Shown here piece by piece: positions 1 to 8,392 of a stretch of DNA of 47,865 nucleotides. Origin of the DNA: Undibacterium sp. (lineage in GTDB: Bacteria; Pseudomonadota; Gammaproteobacteria; Burkholderiales; Burkholderiaceae_D); the NCBI GenBank assembly GCA_025359635.1, contig JANYFV010000196.1, positions 1 to 47,865 on the forward strand. The letters run 5' to 3'. The notes under the pieces were generated by a model. That model saw only the letters and a list, made by a program, of their open reading frames with translations. It did not search any database and was not told where the DNA came from. Position numbers and translations under genes: made by a program. Position 1 is the stretch's first letter. Every line of letters begins with the position of its first letter.

Positions 1-446
1 AACGCCTGCAATGCCGGCTCTGAAGCCAGCAAAGAAATCAACACGCTCACGCCCGACACTTGCTGATAGTACGGTCGCACCGCTTCGTACACCATGCCAA
101 GATAACGGATCAGGTCGACGCAGCCAGTCTTGCTCGGGTGCACCTCGACGATAGCGAGCTTGATGCGCTCCAGCCATTGGCTGGCCAGGGCATGCACTAT
201 CGCCTCTTTATTCGGGAAGTATTCGTACAGGCCGCCGACTGACATTCCTGCAGCCTCGGCAATGCGCTTGGTGGTCAGCTTGGCCAAGCCGCCATTTGCA
301 ATTTCCTGGCCGGCTGCATGCAGTATCACTTCTATCGTTTTGTGACCACGCTCCTGTTGCGGAATGCGCCGCTTGGCGGTAGGCCTGGCTTTGGGCTTAC
401 CGCTGGCGGGCGATTCTGGCGCGACGGGAGATTGGTTTTTGGCCAT
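1..446 (-). CDS. TetR/AcrR-family transcriptional regulator (3' end runs off the window)
   Basis: Not in the ORF track. Hand translation from ATG at 446 gives MAKNQSP...RRIPQQERGHKTIEVILHAAGQEIANGGLAKLTTKRIAEAAGMSVGGLYEYFPNKEAIV, a typical TetR N-terminal HTH. The frame is open to position 1. Confidence 0.92.
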   Translation of the reverse strand, partial: MAKNQSPVAPESPASGKPKARPTAKRRIPQQERGHKTIEVILHAAGQEIANGGLAKLTTKRIAEAAGMSVGGLYEYFPNKEAIVHALASQWLERIKLAIVEVHPSKTGCVDLIRYLGMVYEAVRPYYQQVSGVSVLISLLASEPALQA

Positions 447-502
447 GTTGTGCTGAAGCGGTTTGGTCGCAATTGACAAGTCGCCGATTATGCCACAAGA
501 GT

Positions 503-1951
503 TCATGCTGCTTGGCTCAGCGAGGGAAACTTTTCCGGAAACCGCTCGATAAACAAACGCGAAGTGCCCGCCCGCGCATGGTTGGCGGCGATCTGGAACA
601 CCGTCTCGTCGTCATACGCATTGGCGACGATCTGCATACCGGTCGGTACACCTAGATCCGACAAGCCGGTCGGTGCCGCCAGCACCGGATAACGGTTCAG
701 CAAATTGAAAGGCGGCGTCAGGCACCATCCCAGATAGGCATCGACCTGGTGGCCATCCAGATCCAGCAAAGGCTCGAGCATCGGATCCTGGTCGGCCGCC
801 AGATTAGTGGTTAGCATCGAGGCGCAAATGAAGGCCTTATAGCCCTGTCCCCAAACTTTATCCTGCATCTCGCGATGCAATTGCTGGCCAAGTGCGGCGC
901 TCGGCATGACCGAAGGTCGAGCCTTGCCGGCGGCATCGCGCAGATGGGTGGAATAGCTGCACAGTTTGGCGGCGTCAGCATCCGATATGTCGGTCATGAA
1001 TTCGTCAACGAAGATGGCGCGCAAACCATCCAGCAGCACGCTGTTGATTTCATCGAGATTCCAGTTCAGCTCGACTTCCTCGACAATCGCGCCACGCTGG
1101 CGCAAGCCGTCCAAGGCCAGCAGCAGATTACGTTTGACATCGGCGGCCAGTGCCGGATGGCCGAAGGCTGGGCTATACGCGATACGCATGCCGCGCAAGT
1201 CGCCGTATTCGGTCGGTAACGCGGCGTACGGCAGCGTGGTGAAGGAAGCGGGATGCGGGCCGGACAAGACGTTCTGCATCAGCACCAGGTCATCAAAAGT
1301 GCGTGTCATCGGCCCTTCCACCGCCTGCACCATGTACTCATCACCGGGCGCGCAGGGCAAGCGACCGAATGGCGGTTTATAGCCATACACGCCGCACAGC
1401 GAAGCAGGCAGGCGGATCGAGCCGGCCATGTCGCTGCCGGTGGCCAATGGCGCAACGCCAGCCGCCAATGCGGCACCGGAACCACCGCTAGAACCGCCGA
1501 CCGAGTACGGCAGCGCCCATGGATTGCGCGTGACGCCGTACATCTTGCTCCAAGTGTGGCCGAGCACGCAGAACTCCGGATTGGTCGCCTGGAAGTAGGG
1601 AATCGCACCGGCTTCAAGCAGCTTATCGACGATCGGGTGGTTTTCGGTGGCGACTTTATCCTTGAACACGAGTGAAGCCAGAGGCCGCGGCCAGCCCTTG
1701 ACGCTGGTCTCTTCCTTGATGATGACGGGCACCCCTTCGAGCGGCCTGGCGGTGCCGTCGGCATAGCGACGGCGTGCTTCCAGCGCCATGATGCGCGCCT
1801 CGTCGACAAACAATTTGGCGGCACAGTTCACCGTGGACTGCTGGCAGGCGGCGGCCTCGACCAGTACTTCGAGGTAAGCGACCGGGTCGAGGCTGCCAGC
1901 GCGAAAGCATGCCAGCAGTTCAGTGGCGGAGAGATAATTTGCGTCGTGCAT
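503..1951 (-). CDS. Amidase-signature family amidase
   Basis: GVPVIIKEE (Lys), GGSSGGSGAA and GSDMAGSIR give the Ser-cisSer-Lys triad. Start placed at ATG 1951 (upstream TGGAATCAC); the ORF-track start at 1978 is the alternative. Confidence 0.9.
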   Translation of the reverse strand: MHDANYLSATELLACFRAGSLDPVAYLEVLVEAAACQQSTVNCAAKLFVDEARIMALEARRRYADGTARPLEGVPVIIKEETSVKGWPRPLASLVFKDKVATENHPIVDKLLEAGAIPYFQATNPEFCVLGHTWSKMYGVTRNPWALPYSVGGSSGGSGAALAAGVAPLATGSDMAGSIRLPASLCGVYGYKPPFGRLPCAPGDEYMVQAVEGPMTRTFDDLVLMQNVLSGPHPASFTTLPYAALPTEYGDLRGMRIAYSPAFGHPALAADVKRNLLLALDGLRQRGAIVEEVELNWNLDEINSVLLDGLRAIFVDEFMTDISDADAAKLCSYSTHLRDAAGKARPSVMPSAALGQQLHREMQDKVWGQGYKAFICASMLTTNLAADQDPMLEPLLDLDGHQVDAYLGWCLTPPFNLLNRYPVLAAPTGLSDLGVPTGMQIVANAYDDETVFQIAANHARAGTSRLFIERFPEKFPSLSQAA

Positions 1952-2013
1952 AGTGATTCCAGTGTTAGAAGTGTTCATAAAGTTGCGGCCTGTTGGGTCG
2001 GAAAAAATCTTTT

Positions 2014-2114
2014 TTGTCCACGAAAGGCACGAAAAACGCGAAAGAAATTAAGGTCAAAAAATAGGAATTCTTTATTTCGTGTGTTTTTGCTTTGTTCGTG
2101 TTTTTCGTGGACAA
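2014..2114. repeat. Inverted-repeat element 1 with 9-bp periodic CACGAAAnn arms
   Basis: TTGTCCACGAAA (2014-2025) and TTTCGTGGACAA (2103-2114) form a perfect 12-bp inverted repeat. Left-arm units: CACGAAAGG, CACGAAAAA, CGCGAAAGA. Confidence 0.9.
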
Positions 2115-2157
2115 TGTTTTTGATCCGGTTTTTGGTTTAATCAAATTAAGTTAACGC

Positions 2158-3681
2158 TTATGGAACTAGATCCGTAACAAAAAAAGACTCATCCGGCCGC
2201 GGCAGCCACCAGTCGTGGATGCGTGGCTGGTGGTCGATGATCACCATTTTGCTGCGGCGGAAAGCATCGAGGCCGTGGCGCCCTAGCTCGCAGCCGAGGC
2301 CGGACATTTTGCTGCCGCTAAATGGCAGCGCATCGTTGTCGATCAGCGGATTATTGATCCAGACCATGCCCGATTCGAGCCGGTTGGCCGCTTCCATCGC
2401 TTCGGCCAGGTCGGTGGTGAACACCGAGGCACCGAGGCCGAATTCAGAATCATTGGCCAGACGCAGCGCCTCATCAAAATCAGCCGCGCGGCAAATCGCG
2501 GCGACCGGGCCGAAACATTCTTCGCGCATGATAGACATCTGCGGGGTGACGCCGGTGAGGATGGTCGGCTCATAGAACCAACCCGGCGGACAATCGGCTG
2601 GAATACGGCCGCCACAGACGATCTGCGCGCCCTGCTCTACCGCTTCGCGCACCAGGCGCGCCACCTTGTCGCGTGCCGCTTCGCTGACCAACGGACCGAT
2701 TTCAAACATGCCCATGCCATCGCCCACGCGCAGCTGGCGGGTGCGATGGGCGAACTCGCCGACAAAGGCATCATGGATCTGATCGACCACAAAGAAACGT
2801 TCCGACGAAGTGCAGACCTGGCCGCTTAATAGAAACGCGGAATTGACGCAACCGGCCGCTGCAATTTCAAGCGGTGCGTGGCGCGAAATGATCATCGGGT
2901 CGCTGCCGCCAGCTTCCAATACGCAGGGTTTCATGCGGTCGGCGCAGGCGATGCCGACGGCGCGTGCCGCGGCCACGCTGCCAGTGAACGCCACCGCATG
3001 CGTGCCGCTAGACTGTATCAAGAGTTGGGCGGTGTTAGCGTTGCCGGGCAGGCAGCTGACCAGGCCGGCCGGCAGCGCGCTGAAATGTTCCATGAAGCGC
3101 AAGGTGCACAGCGCAGTCGCCTCGGCTGGCTTGATGATGCAGGCATTGCCGGCGGCCAGCGAGGCGGCCACGGTCCAGCACATCAGCAGCACCGGATAGT
3201 TAAACGGCAGGATATGCACACTGACGCCATAAGGCTCATAACGCATGTGCTGGAACGAGCCGATCAGGTTAGTCCCGGCCACAGTGCCGCCATCGTCTCT
3301 TGCCATTTCAGCGTAATAGCGAAACACCGAGGCGCAGATAGACAGCTCACCCACCGCATCCGGAAAAGGCTTGCCCATCTCCTGGCAAATCAAGGCTGCC
3401 AGATCAGTGCGGATAGTCGAATTTTCAATCGCGTGGGCGACCGCATGCAGCAACGCGGCGCGGCTTTGCGTGTCGGTATTCTTCCACTGTTTTTGCGCCA
3501 GGTTCGCGGCGATGACGGTGCGCTCAACATCGGCTTCTGCGCACAAGGGATAACGCCCGAGCACCGTCAGCGTGGCCGGGTTGACGGTTTCCTTGTGCTG
3601 TTCGGCGAGCGCTGGCGTATATGCGCCATTCAGGTAAATCTGGGATTGAAGCGGGTTGAAATTATTTGTATTCGCAAGCAT
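2158..3681 (-). CDS. NAD(P)-dependent aldehyde dehydrogenase
   Basis: Motifs PFNYP, IKPAE, FTGS, LEAGG (catalytic Glu), GQVCTS (catalytic Cys), EECFGP. Confidence 0.93.
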   Translation of the reverse strand: MLANTNNFNPLQSQIYLNGAYTPALAEQHKETVNPATLTVLGRYPLCAEADVERTVIAANLAQKQWKNTDTQSRAALLHAVAHAIENSTIRTDLAALICQEMGKPFPDAVGELSICASVFRYYAEMARDDGGTVAGTNLIGSFQHMRYEPYGVSVHILPFNYPVLLMCWTVAASLAAGNACIIKPAEATALCTLRFMEHFSALPAGLVSCLPGNANTAQLLIQSSGTHAVAFTGSVAAARAVGIACADRMKPCVLEAGGSDPMIISRHAPLEIAAAGCVNSAFLLSGQVCTSSERFFVVDQIHDAFVGEFAHRTRQLRVGDGMGMFEIGPLVSEAARDKVARLVREAVEQGAQIVCGGRIPADCPPGWFYEPTILTGVTPQMSIMREECFGPVAAICRAADFDEALRLANDSEFGLGASVFTTDLAEAMEAANRLESGMVWINNPLIDNDALPFSGSKMSGLGCELGRHGLDAFRRSKMVIIDHQPRIHDWWLPRPDESFFVTDLVP

Positions 3682-3769
3682 GGTGATTCCAAAGTTAAAA
3701 AAAATACTGCAAGGCGTAAGTCGCAGGTCAGTCGCATGAAGGATGTGCTGATTACATACATCTCATTTT

Positions 3770-3887
3770 TGTCCACGAAAAACACGAAAGGCACGAAAAA
3801 AATCGTAAGGCGTGGGCTTTTTTATTTTTTTTAAAAATTATTTCCCCGTGTTTTGTTCGCTCGTGTCTTTCGTGCTTTTCGTGTACA
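3770..3887. repeat. Inverted-repeat element 2 with 9-bp periodic CACGAAAnn arms
   Basis: Left arm TGTC-CACGAAAAA-CACGAAAGG-CACGAAAAA (3770-3800); right arm GCTCGTG-TCTTTCGTG-CTTTTCGTG-TACA ending at 3887. Confidence 0.9.
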
Positions 3888-3915
3888 TGGTTTTTCTTTC
3901 ATGCGACGTACAAGC

Positions 3916-5466
3916 TTAATTACCCCGCAGTGCGAGGATGATGGCTTTGGCGCAGCTCTGACCAGTCTCCACCGCCCCATTGAGAAAGCCTGAGTGCTTG
4001 ACCGATGCATGTTCACCGGCGAAATGACAGTTACCCTGACGCACGCCTTCGTAACCGTAGTGCCTGGTGTAGCTCCCCACCGGATGGGCGCTATAGGCAC
4101 CCTTGCTCCATTGGTAGCCAGGCCAATAGTTCAGCACGACACGGCCATTCCACAAAGGTTTGATACCAGGAAAAACCAGCTCTAATCCATTCAGCATATC
4201 GCCGGCTTTCTGGTTGACCGGTTTGTCGTTCATCGCCATTGCCACCTTGTCACCCGAGAAGCAGGTCAGAATACCCTCGGTACCCGCCTGGGCGCGCGTC
4301 ACTTCCCAGCTAATCTGGTATCCGGTATCGTTATCGGTCAGCCCCGTGTAGCCTTGCTCGCGCCAGATACGGCGATTGAACTGCATCTGGAATTTCGCAT
4401 GCATGCCCATCCTGAAGTTCTGGATCGTCGCCACCTTCATGCTGTCGAAGCCGGCATGGCTGTAATCGACTGCGCTCTGAAGAATGGAGAATGGCAGCGC
4501 CAACACCACGTGATCGGCCACTACATTGATGTTGCCGCTGGCAGTGCTAAAGGTGAGCGTGTAAGTGTTGTCGCCGTTCTTGAGCAGTCGGGTCAAGGCA
4601 TGGTTCTTGAGGATCTGGCTGCTATCGAGGAACGCTGCCATACGGCTGACCACCTGATCGTTGCCGCCGCGAACGTGGAAGCGCTCGTCCGAACCGTGCG
4701 CCGCGAAAAAGCCCACTAAATCCAGTGCGCTGGTCTCGCAGGCGGCAATGCCAGCCGAGGTGTCCATCAGCAGCTTGAGTAACTGGCCCAATTTTGAGCC
4801 TAACCCGCCCGGCACATATCGGCTGATGTAATCGGTAGCCGACATGTGATCGAGCTCCCAGCCGCGCTGGGTATGGTTGTCGTAAGTCTGTGGCCAGGGC
4901 GCCGCACGATTGTCCGCGTCGAACTGGTCGGACACGGCAGCAAAATCGTTAACCTGCTCGTCCCAGGTATACCGTGCACCAGCGATCCAGAAGGTCAGCT
5001 CGCCGCCCATTTCCTTGTCGTAGGCATTCAGGTCGTCTAGCGTCAGCCCTAGCTCGAAAGCCAGCTTGCGCAACTCCATATGACCGGTGTCAATCAACTC
5101 CCCGCCGTTCTCTGCCACCTGTCCTGGGAAGCTGGTGGTATTGGAAAAGCAGCGGCCACCTAACCGCGCCGACGCTTCATACACGGTGGCAGACAAGCCT
5201 GCCTTCTTTAGTTCATAGGCGCAGGCCAAGCCGCCCAGACCAGCGCCGACGATGGCGATGCGCCCGCCATTGCCCGGTCTGCCTGCCACCGACAGTAATG
5301 GAATCGAGGCCAGCATCGCCACCGAACCGGCGGCCGATATCTTTAATAGCTTACGCCTTTCTTGCTGCAGCGCGAGCGCCGCTTCGTTCGATACGCCATG
5401 TTCGTTGCGCAAGCGCGCCAGGTCCATAACGGAGGCCAGGAGTCGTTTCAGGGGTGAGTGTGCCAT
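3916..5466 (-). CDS. Flavin-dependent amine oxidase (monoamine oxidase family) with possible Tat signal
   Basis: FAD motif IVGAGLGGL...YEASARLGGR; C-terminal HFAGEH...GFLNGAVETG; RRKLLK followed by a hydrophobic stretch near the N-terminus. Confidence 0.9.
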   Translation of the reverse strand: MAHSPLKRLLASVMDLARLRNEHGVSNEAALALQQERRKLLKISAAGSVAMLASIPLLSVAGRPGNGGRIAIVGAGLGGLACAYELKKAGLSATVYEASARLGGRCFSNTTSFPGQVAENGGELIDTGHMELRKLAFELGLTLDDLNAYDKEMGGELTFWIAGARYTWDEQVNDFAAVSDQFDADNRAAPWPQTYDNHTQRGWELDHMSATDYISRYVPGGLGSKLGQLLKLLMDTSAGIAACETSALDLVGFFAAHGSDERFHVRGGNDQVVSRMAAFLDSSQILKNHALTRLLKNGDNTYTLTFSTASGNINVVADHVVLALPFSILQSAVDYSHAGFDSMKVATIQNFRMGMHAKFQMQFNRRIWREQGYTGLTDNDTGYQISWEVTRAQAGTEGILTCFSGDKVAMAMNDKPVNQKAGDMLNGLELVFPGIKPLWNGRVVLNYWPGYQWSKGAYSAHPVGSYTRHYGYEGVRQGNCHFAGEHASVKHSGFLNGAVETGQSCAKAIILALRGN

Positions 5467-6893
5467 GTTGTCTCTTTCAGTTTGTCATTAGGTTTTTCGG
5501 ATGGCTCGCGATTACTGCCAGACTCGCGACTGGTCTTACTGCTAAAGCTGCTTATGCTGACCACGCCATTGCGCCCGCGCGACAGCAATCGGTAAACTAT
5601 CCCGGCCACCAGCCAGCATGCGCCTACGGCCAGCGCCCCCGCGTTCAGATTGGCCAGGATAGTGATGATCACAGCCATACCGATCAGAGGTACGGCCAGA
5701 TGTGGCCACCAGCGGCGCTCGGGACGGCGGCCAAAGTGGAGCAACACCGAAAGATGTACGAACAGGAAACCGACCAGCGCGCCAACACTGATAAAAATCG
5801 CCAACTCGTCGATACGGTTACGCATCACCAGCGCGATACTCAAAGAGACAACTGTCGAGACAATCATCGCGACATACGGATTGCCATGACGACGATGCAC
5901 TTTGGCCAGCACTGCGGGCAAGGTACGGTCGCGGCCCATGGCAAACAACACGCGCGCCACCCCGACCTGCATCGGCAGCACATTGGGGACGCCCACCACC
6001 AGTGTCAGAAACCAGGCCAGCGCGATCGCCGCCGGCCGGCCGGAGATGGCCGTCAGCAAGTCATAAATCACTGTGGCAGGATCCTGGATATTGAATCCGA
6101 CCAGCAGATTGCCCAGCACCCAGGTGGCGAGCACGAAGATACTGCTGGTCAGCGCCAGGTTGGTCATGATGGCGCGTCCCACCACGCGGGTGTCACGGTC
6201 TTTGACTTCCTCGGCCAGCGTCGAAACCGCATCAAACCCCAGATAGGCCATCACGCAAATTGAGGTGGCGGCCAGCACGCTGGCGCTGTCCAGCTTGCCG
6301 CTCTGGTACAGCGGCGCCAGTGTCAGAGCGCCACTACCAAAACCGCCGAACAGGGCGAACAGACACAGCAGCACCACGCCAGCCACCAGTAACAGTTGCA
6401 GCACCACCGAGATCATGCTGACCCGTGATGTCACGCTGATGCCAAACCAGTTGACGGCGAAAGTCGCCGCGACCGTCAGCACTATCCAGGTGGCGCGGTC
6501 GCCGTGCGGCACCAGGGTTTCGATGCCGACCGCGCACAAGGCGTAGGTGAAGGCGGGCACCAGCAGGTAATCAAGCAATATCATCCAGCCTGAAATAAAG
6601 CCGGCGAACGGCCCCATGGTATTGCGGGTAAAGCCATACACCGAACCAGCGCTGGGCATCTGCGCGGTCATCACTGCATAGCTGTTTGCTGTGAAGTACA
6701 GGCACAGCGCAGCTAACAGGTAAGCCAGCACTGGCACGCCGCCGGAGACAGTCCAGACAAAACCGACCATGGTCAGCGGCGCCACTGGGGCGGTATACGC
6801 CAGACCGTAGAACACCAGGTCGCGGTAGCTGAGCGCGCGCTTTAGCTTGCCGCCTTGCATGCCAGTGTTTTCCGTCATACTGTCATTCGTCAT
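5448..6893 (-). CDS. APC-superfamily amino acid/polyamine permease (PuuP/PlaP-like)
   Basis: About 12 hydrophobic segments; motifs LKRALSYRDLVFYGL, PSAGSVY, AYLGFDAVSTLAEE, ARVLFAMGRD. Start placed at ATG 6893, which overlaps the amidase stop (ATGA). Confidence 0.9.
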   Translation of the reverse strand: MTNDSMTENTGMQGGKLKRALSYRDLVFYGLAYTAPVAPLTMVGFVWTVSGGVPVLAYLLAALCLYFTANSYAVMTAQMPSAGSVYGFTRNTMGPFAGFISGWMILLDYLLVPAFTYALCAVGIETLVPHGDRATWIVLTVAATFAVNWFGISVTSRVSMISVVLQLLLVAGVVLLCLFALFGGFGSGALTLAPLYQSGKLDSASVLAATSICVMAYLGFDAVSTLAEEVKDRDTRVVGRAIMTNLALTSSIFVLATWVLGNLLVGFNIQDPATVIYDLLTAISGRPAAIALAWFLTLVVGVPNVLPMQVGVARVLFAMGRDRTLPAVLAKVHRRHGNPYVAMIVSTVVSLSIALVMRNRIDELAIFISVGALVGFLFVHLSVLLHFGRRPERRWWPHLAVPLIGMAVIITILANLNAGALAVGACWLVAGIVYRLLSRGRNGVVSISSFSSKTSRESGSNREPSEKPNDKLKETTWHTHP

Positions 6894-8356
6894 GTCAGGG
6901 CCTCTTCTTGTTGACTGCATAGAATCAGAGCCATGTCGGGACACCGGCCTTGCCATATCGCGCCTTCTACCGCAGCGCCGATGCGGAACACGGTGGCTTC
7001 GTCATACGGACGGCCGACCACCTGCACGCCGATAGGCACGCCGTTGCGCGCGACCCCGCACGGCACGCTCAGCACCGGATGGCGGCTCAGCAGATTGAAC
7101 GGATAGGTCATGCCTTCATGACGCAGCAAAGTCATGCTGTCCTTCTCGCCTTCCGCCGCGCTGCCGATGCTGGCCATAGTCGGGCAGATCAGCGCATCGT
7201 GGTTCGCCATTACGGCCGCTAATGAATCGTACATGCGGCCGACGATCTGATTCGAGGCCAGATACTGCTCGCCCGTCACCTGCATGCCGAGCACGGCGAA
7301 GTGACGGATGTAATCGCTGGTCTCCTCATTCTGGTTCAGGATACGGGTGGCGAATTCGCGCCCGGTTTCATAGCCCAGGCGATGGTCGACCGCATCGGCA
7401 GCCTGACTATTCCAGCCCAACACCACAGGTTCGACGATGGCGCCCTGCTCACGCAATTCCAGTACCACCTGCTCGAGTGCTGCCCGCACATCTTCATGCA
7501 CGTTGAAATAGTCAAGGTCATAGGACAGCGCGATACGCATGCCCTTCACCGGCGCAAACGTCAATGGAACTTCAAGCTTGGGACTGATGGCGGCGGGGTC
7601 TAACCGATGCGGGCCATTGATGACATTGAACATCAGCGCGCAGTCAGCTACAGTACGCGCCATCGGACCGATATGGTTCATGGTATGGAGCGCGTAAGCG
7701 ATTGGAGTGACCGGCACCCTGCCGTAGCTGGGCTTGAGGCCGACCACGCCGCAATAACTGGCAGGGATACGGATCGAACCGCCGATGTCCGAGCCGGAAG
7801 CGAGGCAGGTCAGACCTGCCGCCAGCGCCGCACCGCTGCCACCGCTAGAGCCGCCTGGCGTCATCGCCAGATTCCAGGGATTGCGCGTCACGCCGTGGCG
7901 CACCGAGCGGGTAAAACCGGCCATGTAAAATTCCGGCACATTGGTCTGGGCATGAATCACTGCACCGGCATCGAGCAGGCGCTGGCTGACAGGCGCATTG
8001 ACTGTATCGGGTGTATTGCCCTGCAACCAGGAGCCCTTGGTGGTAACCCAGCCGCATAAGGTATGCTCGTTTTTCAGCGCAACAGGGATGCCTTCGAGTA
8101 GACGCGGCGTGGCGCTGGCGGAGCCATAGACACGCTCGGCATCGCGCGCGGCGGACACAGCCTCCTCGCGACGCTGTGCGCTAAAGGCATTGAGCGCTGG
8201 CTCTAGCCTTTCGGCCCGCGCCAGGTAGGCATCAAGTAATTCGACCGGCGACAGCGTGCGCTCGCGGAACATGGTGAGTGCCTTGGTAGCGGGCAGATAG
8301 CAGAGTTCTTCGGACTTATTTGCAAACTTATTTTCAAACTTATTGAGCTTAGACAT
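6890..8356 (-). CDS. Amidase-signature family amidase
   Basis: GIPVALKNE, GGSSGGSGAA, GSDIGGSIRIPASYCG; SD-like AAGGA upstream of the ATG. Confidence 0.92.
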   Translation of the reverse strand: MSKLNKFENKFANKSEELCYLPATKALTMFRERTLSPVELLDAYLARAERLEPALNAFSAQRREEAVSAARDAERVYGSASATPRLLEGIPVALKNEHTLCGWVTTKGSWLQGNTPDTVNAPVSQRLLDAGAVIHAQTNVPEFYMAGFTRSVRHGVTRNPWNLAMTPGGSSGGSGAALAAGLTCLASGSDIGGSIRIPASYCGVVGLKPSYGRVPVTPIAYALHTMNHIGPMARTVADCALMFNVINGPHRLDPAAISPKLEVPLTFAPVKGMRIALSYDLDYFNVHEDVRAALEQVVLELREQGAIVEPVVLGWNSQAADAVDHRLGYETGREFATRILNQNEETSDYIRHFAVLGMQVTGEQYLASNQIVGRMYDSLAAVMANHDALICPTMASIGSAAEGEKDSMTLLRHEGMTYPFNLLSRHPVLSVPCGVARNGVPIGVQVVGRPYDEATVFRIGAAVEGAIWQGRCPDMALILCSQQEEALT

Positions 8357-8364
8357 GTGTTTCC

Positions 8365-8391
8365 TTGTTGCGATTATTGTGATTGTTGTGA
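8365..8391 (-). repeat. Three tandem C/A-rich 9-mers upstream of the amidase ribosome-binding site
   Basis: Minus strand reads TCACAACAA TCACAATAA TCGCAACAA, then GGAAACACATG. Confidence 0.75.
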
Positions 8392-8392
8392 C

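Noticed and set aside
2878-3834. 318-aa plus-strand ORF
   Set aside because: Antisense shadow of the aldehyde dehydrogenase; its tail (STKNTKGTK) is just the translated repeat element.
5448-5580. Polar C-terminal tail of the permease overlapping the oxidase start by 19 bp, as a frameshift or fusion
   Set aside because: Both frames are intact and short overlaps are normal in operons; a lost stop codon cannot be shown without homologues.
5454-6263. 269-aa plus-strand ORF
   Set aside because: Antisense to the APC permease, with no recognisable motif; expected in GC-rich DNA.
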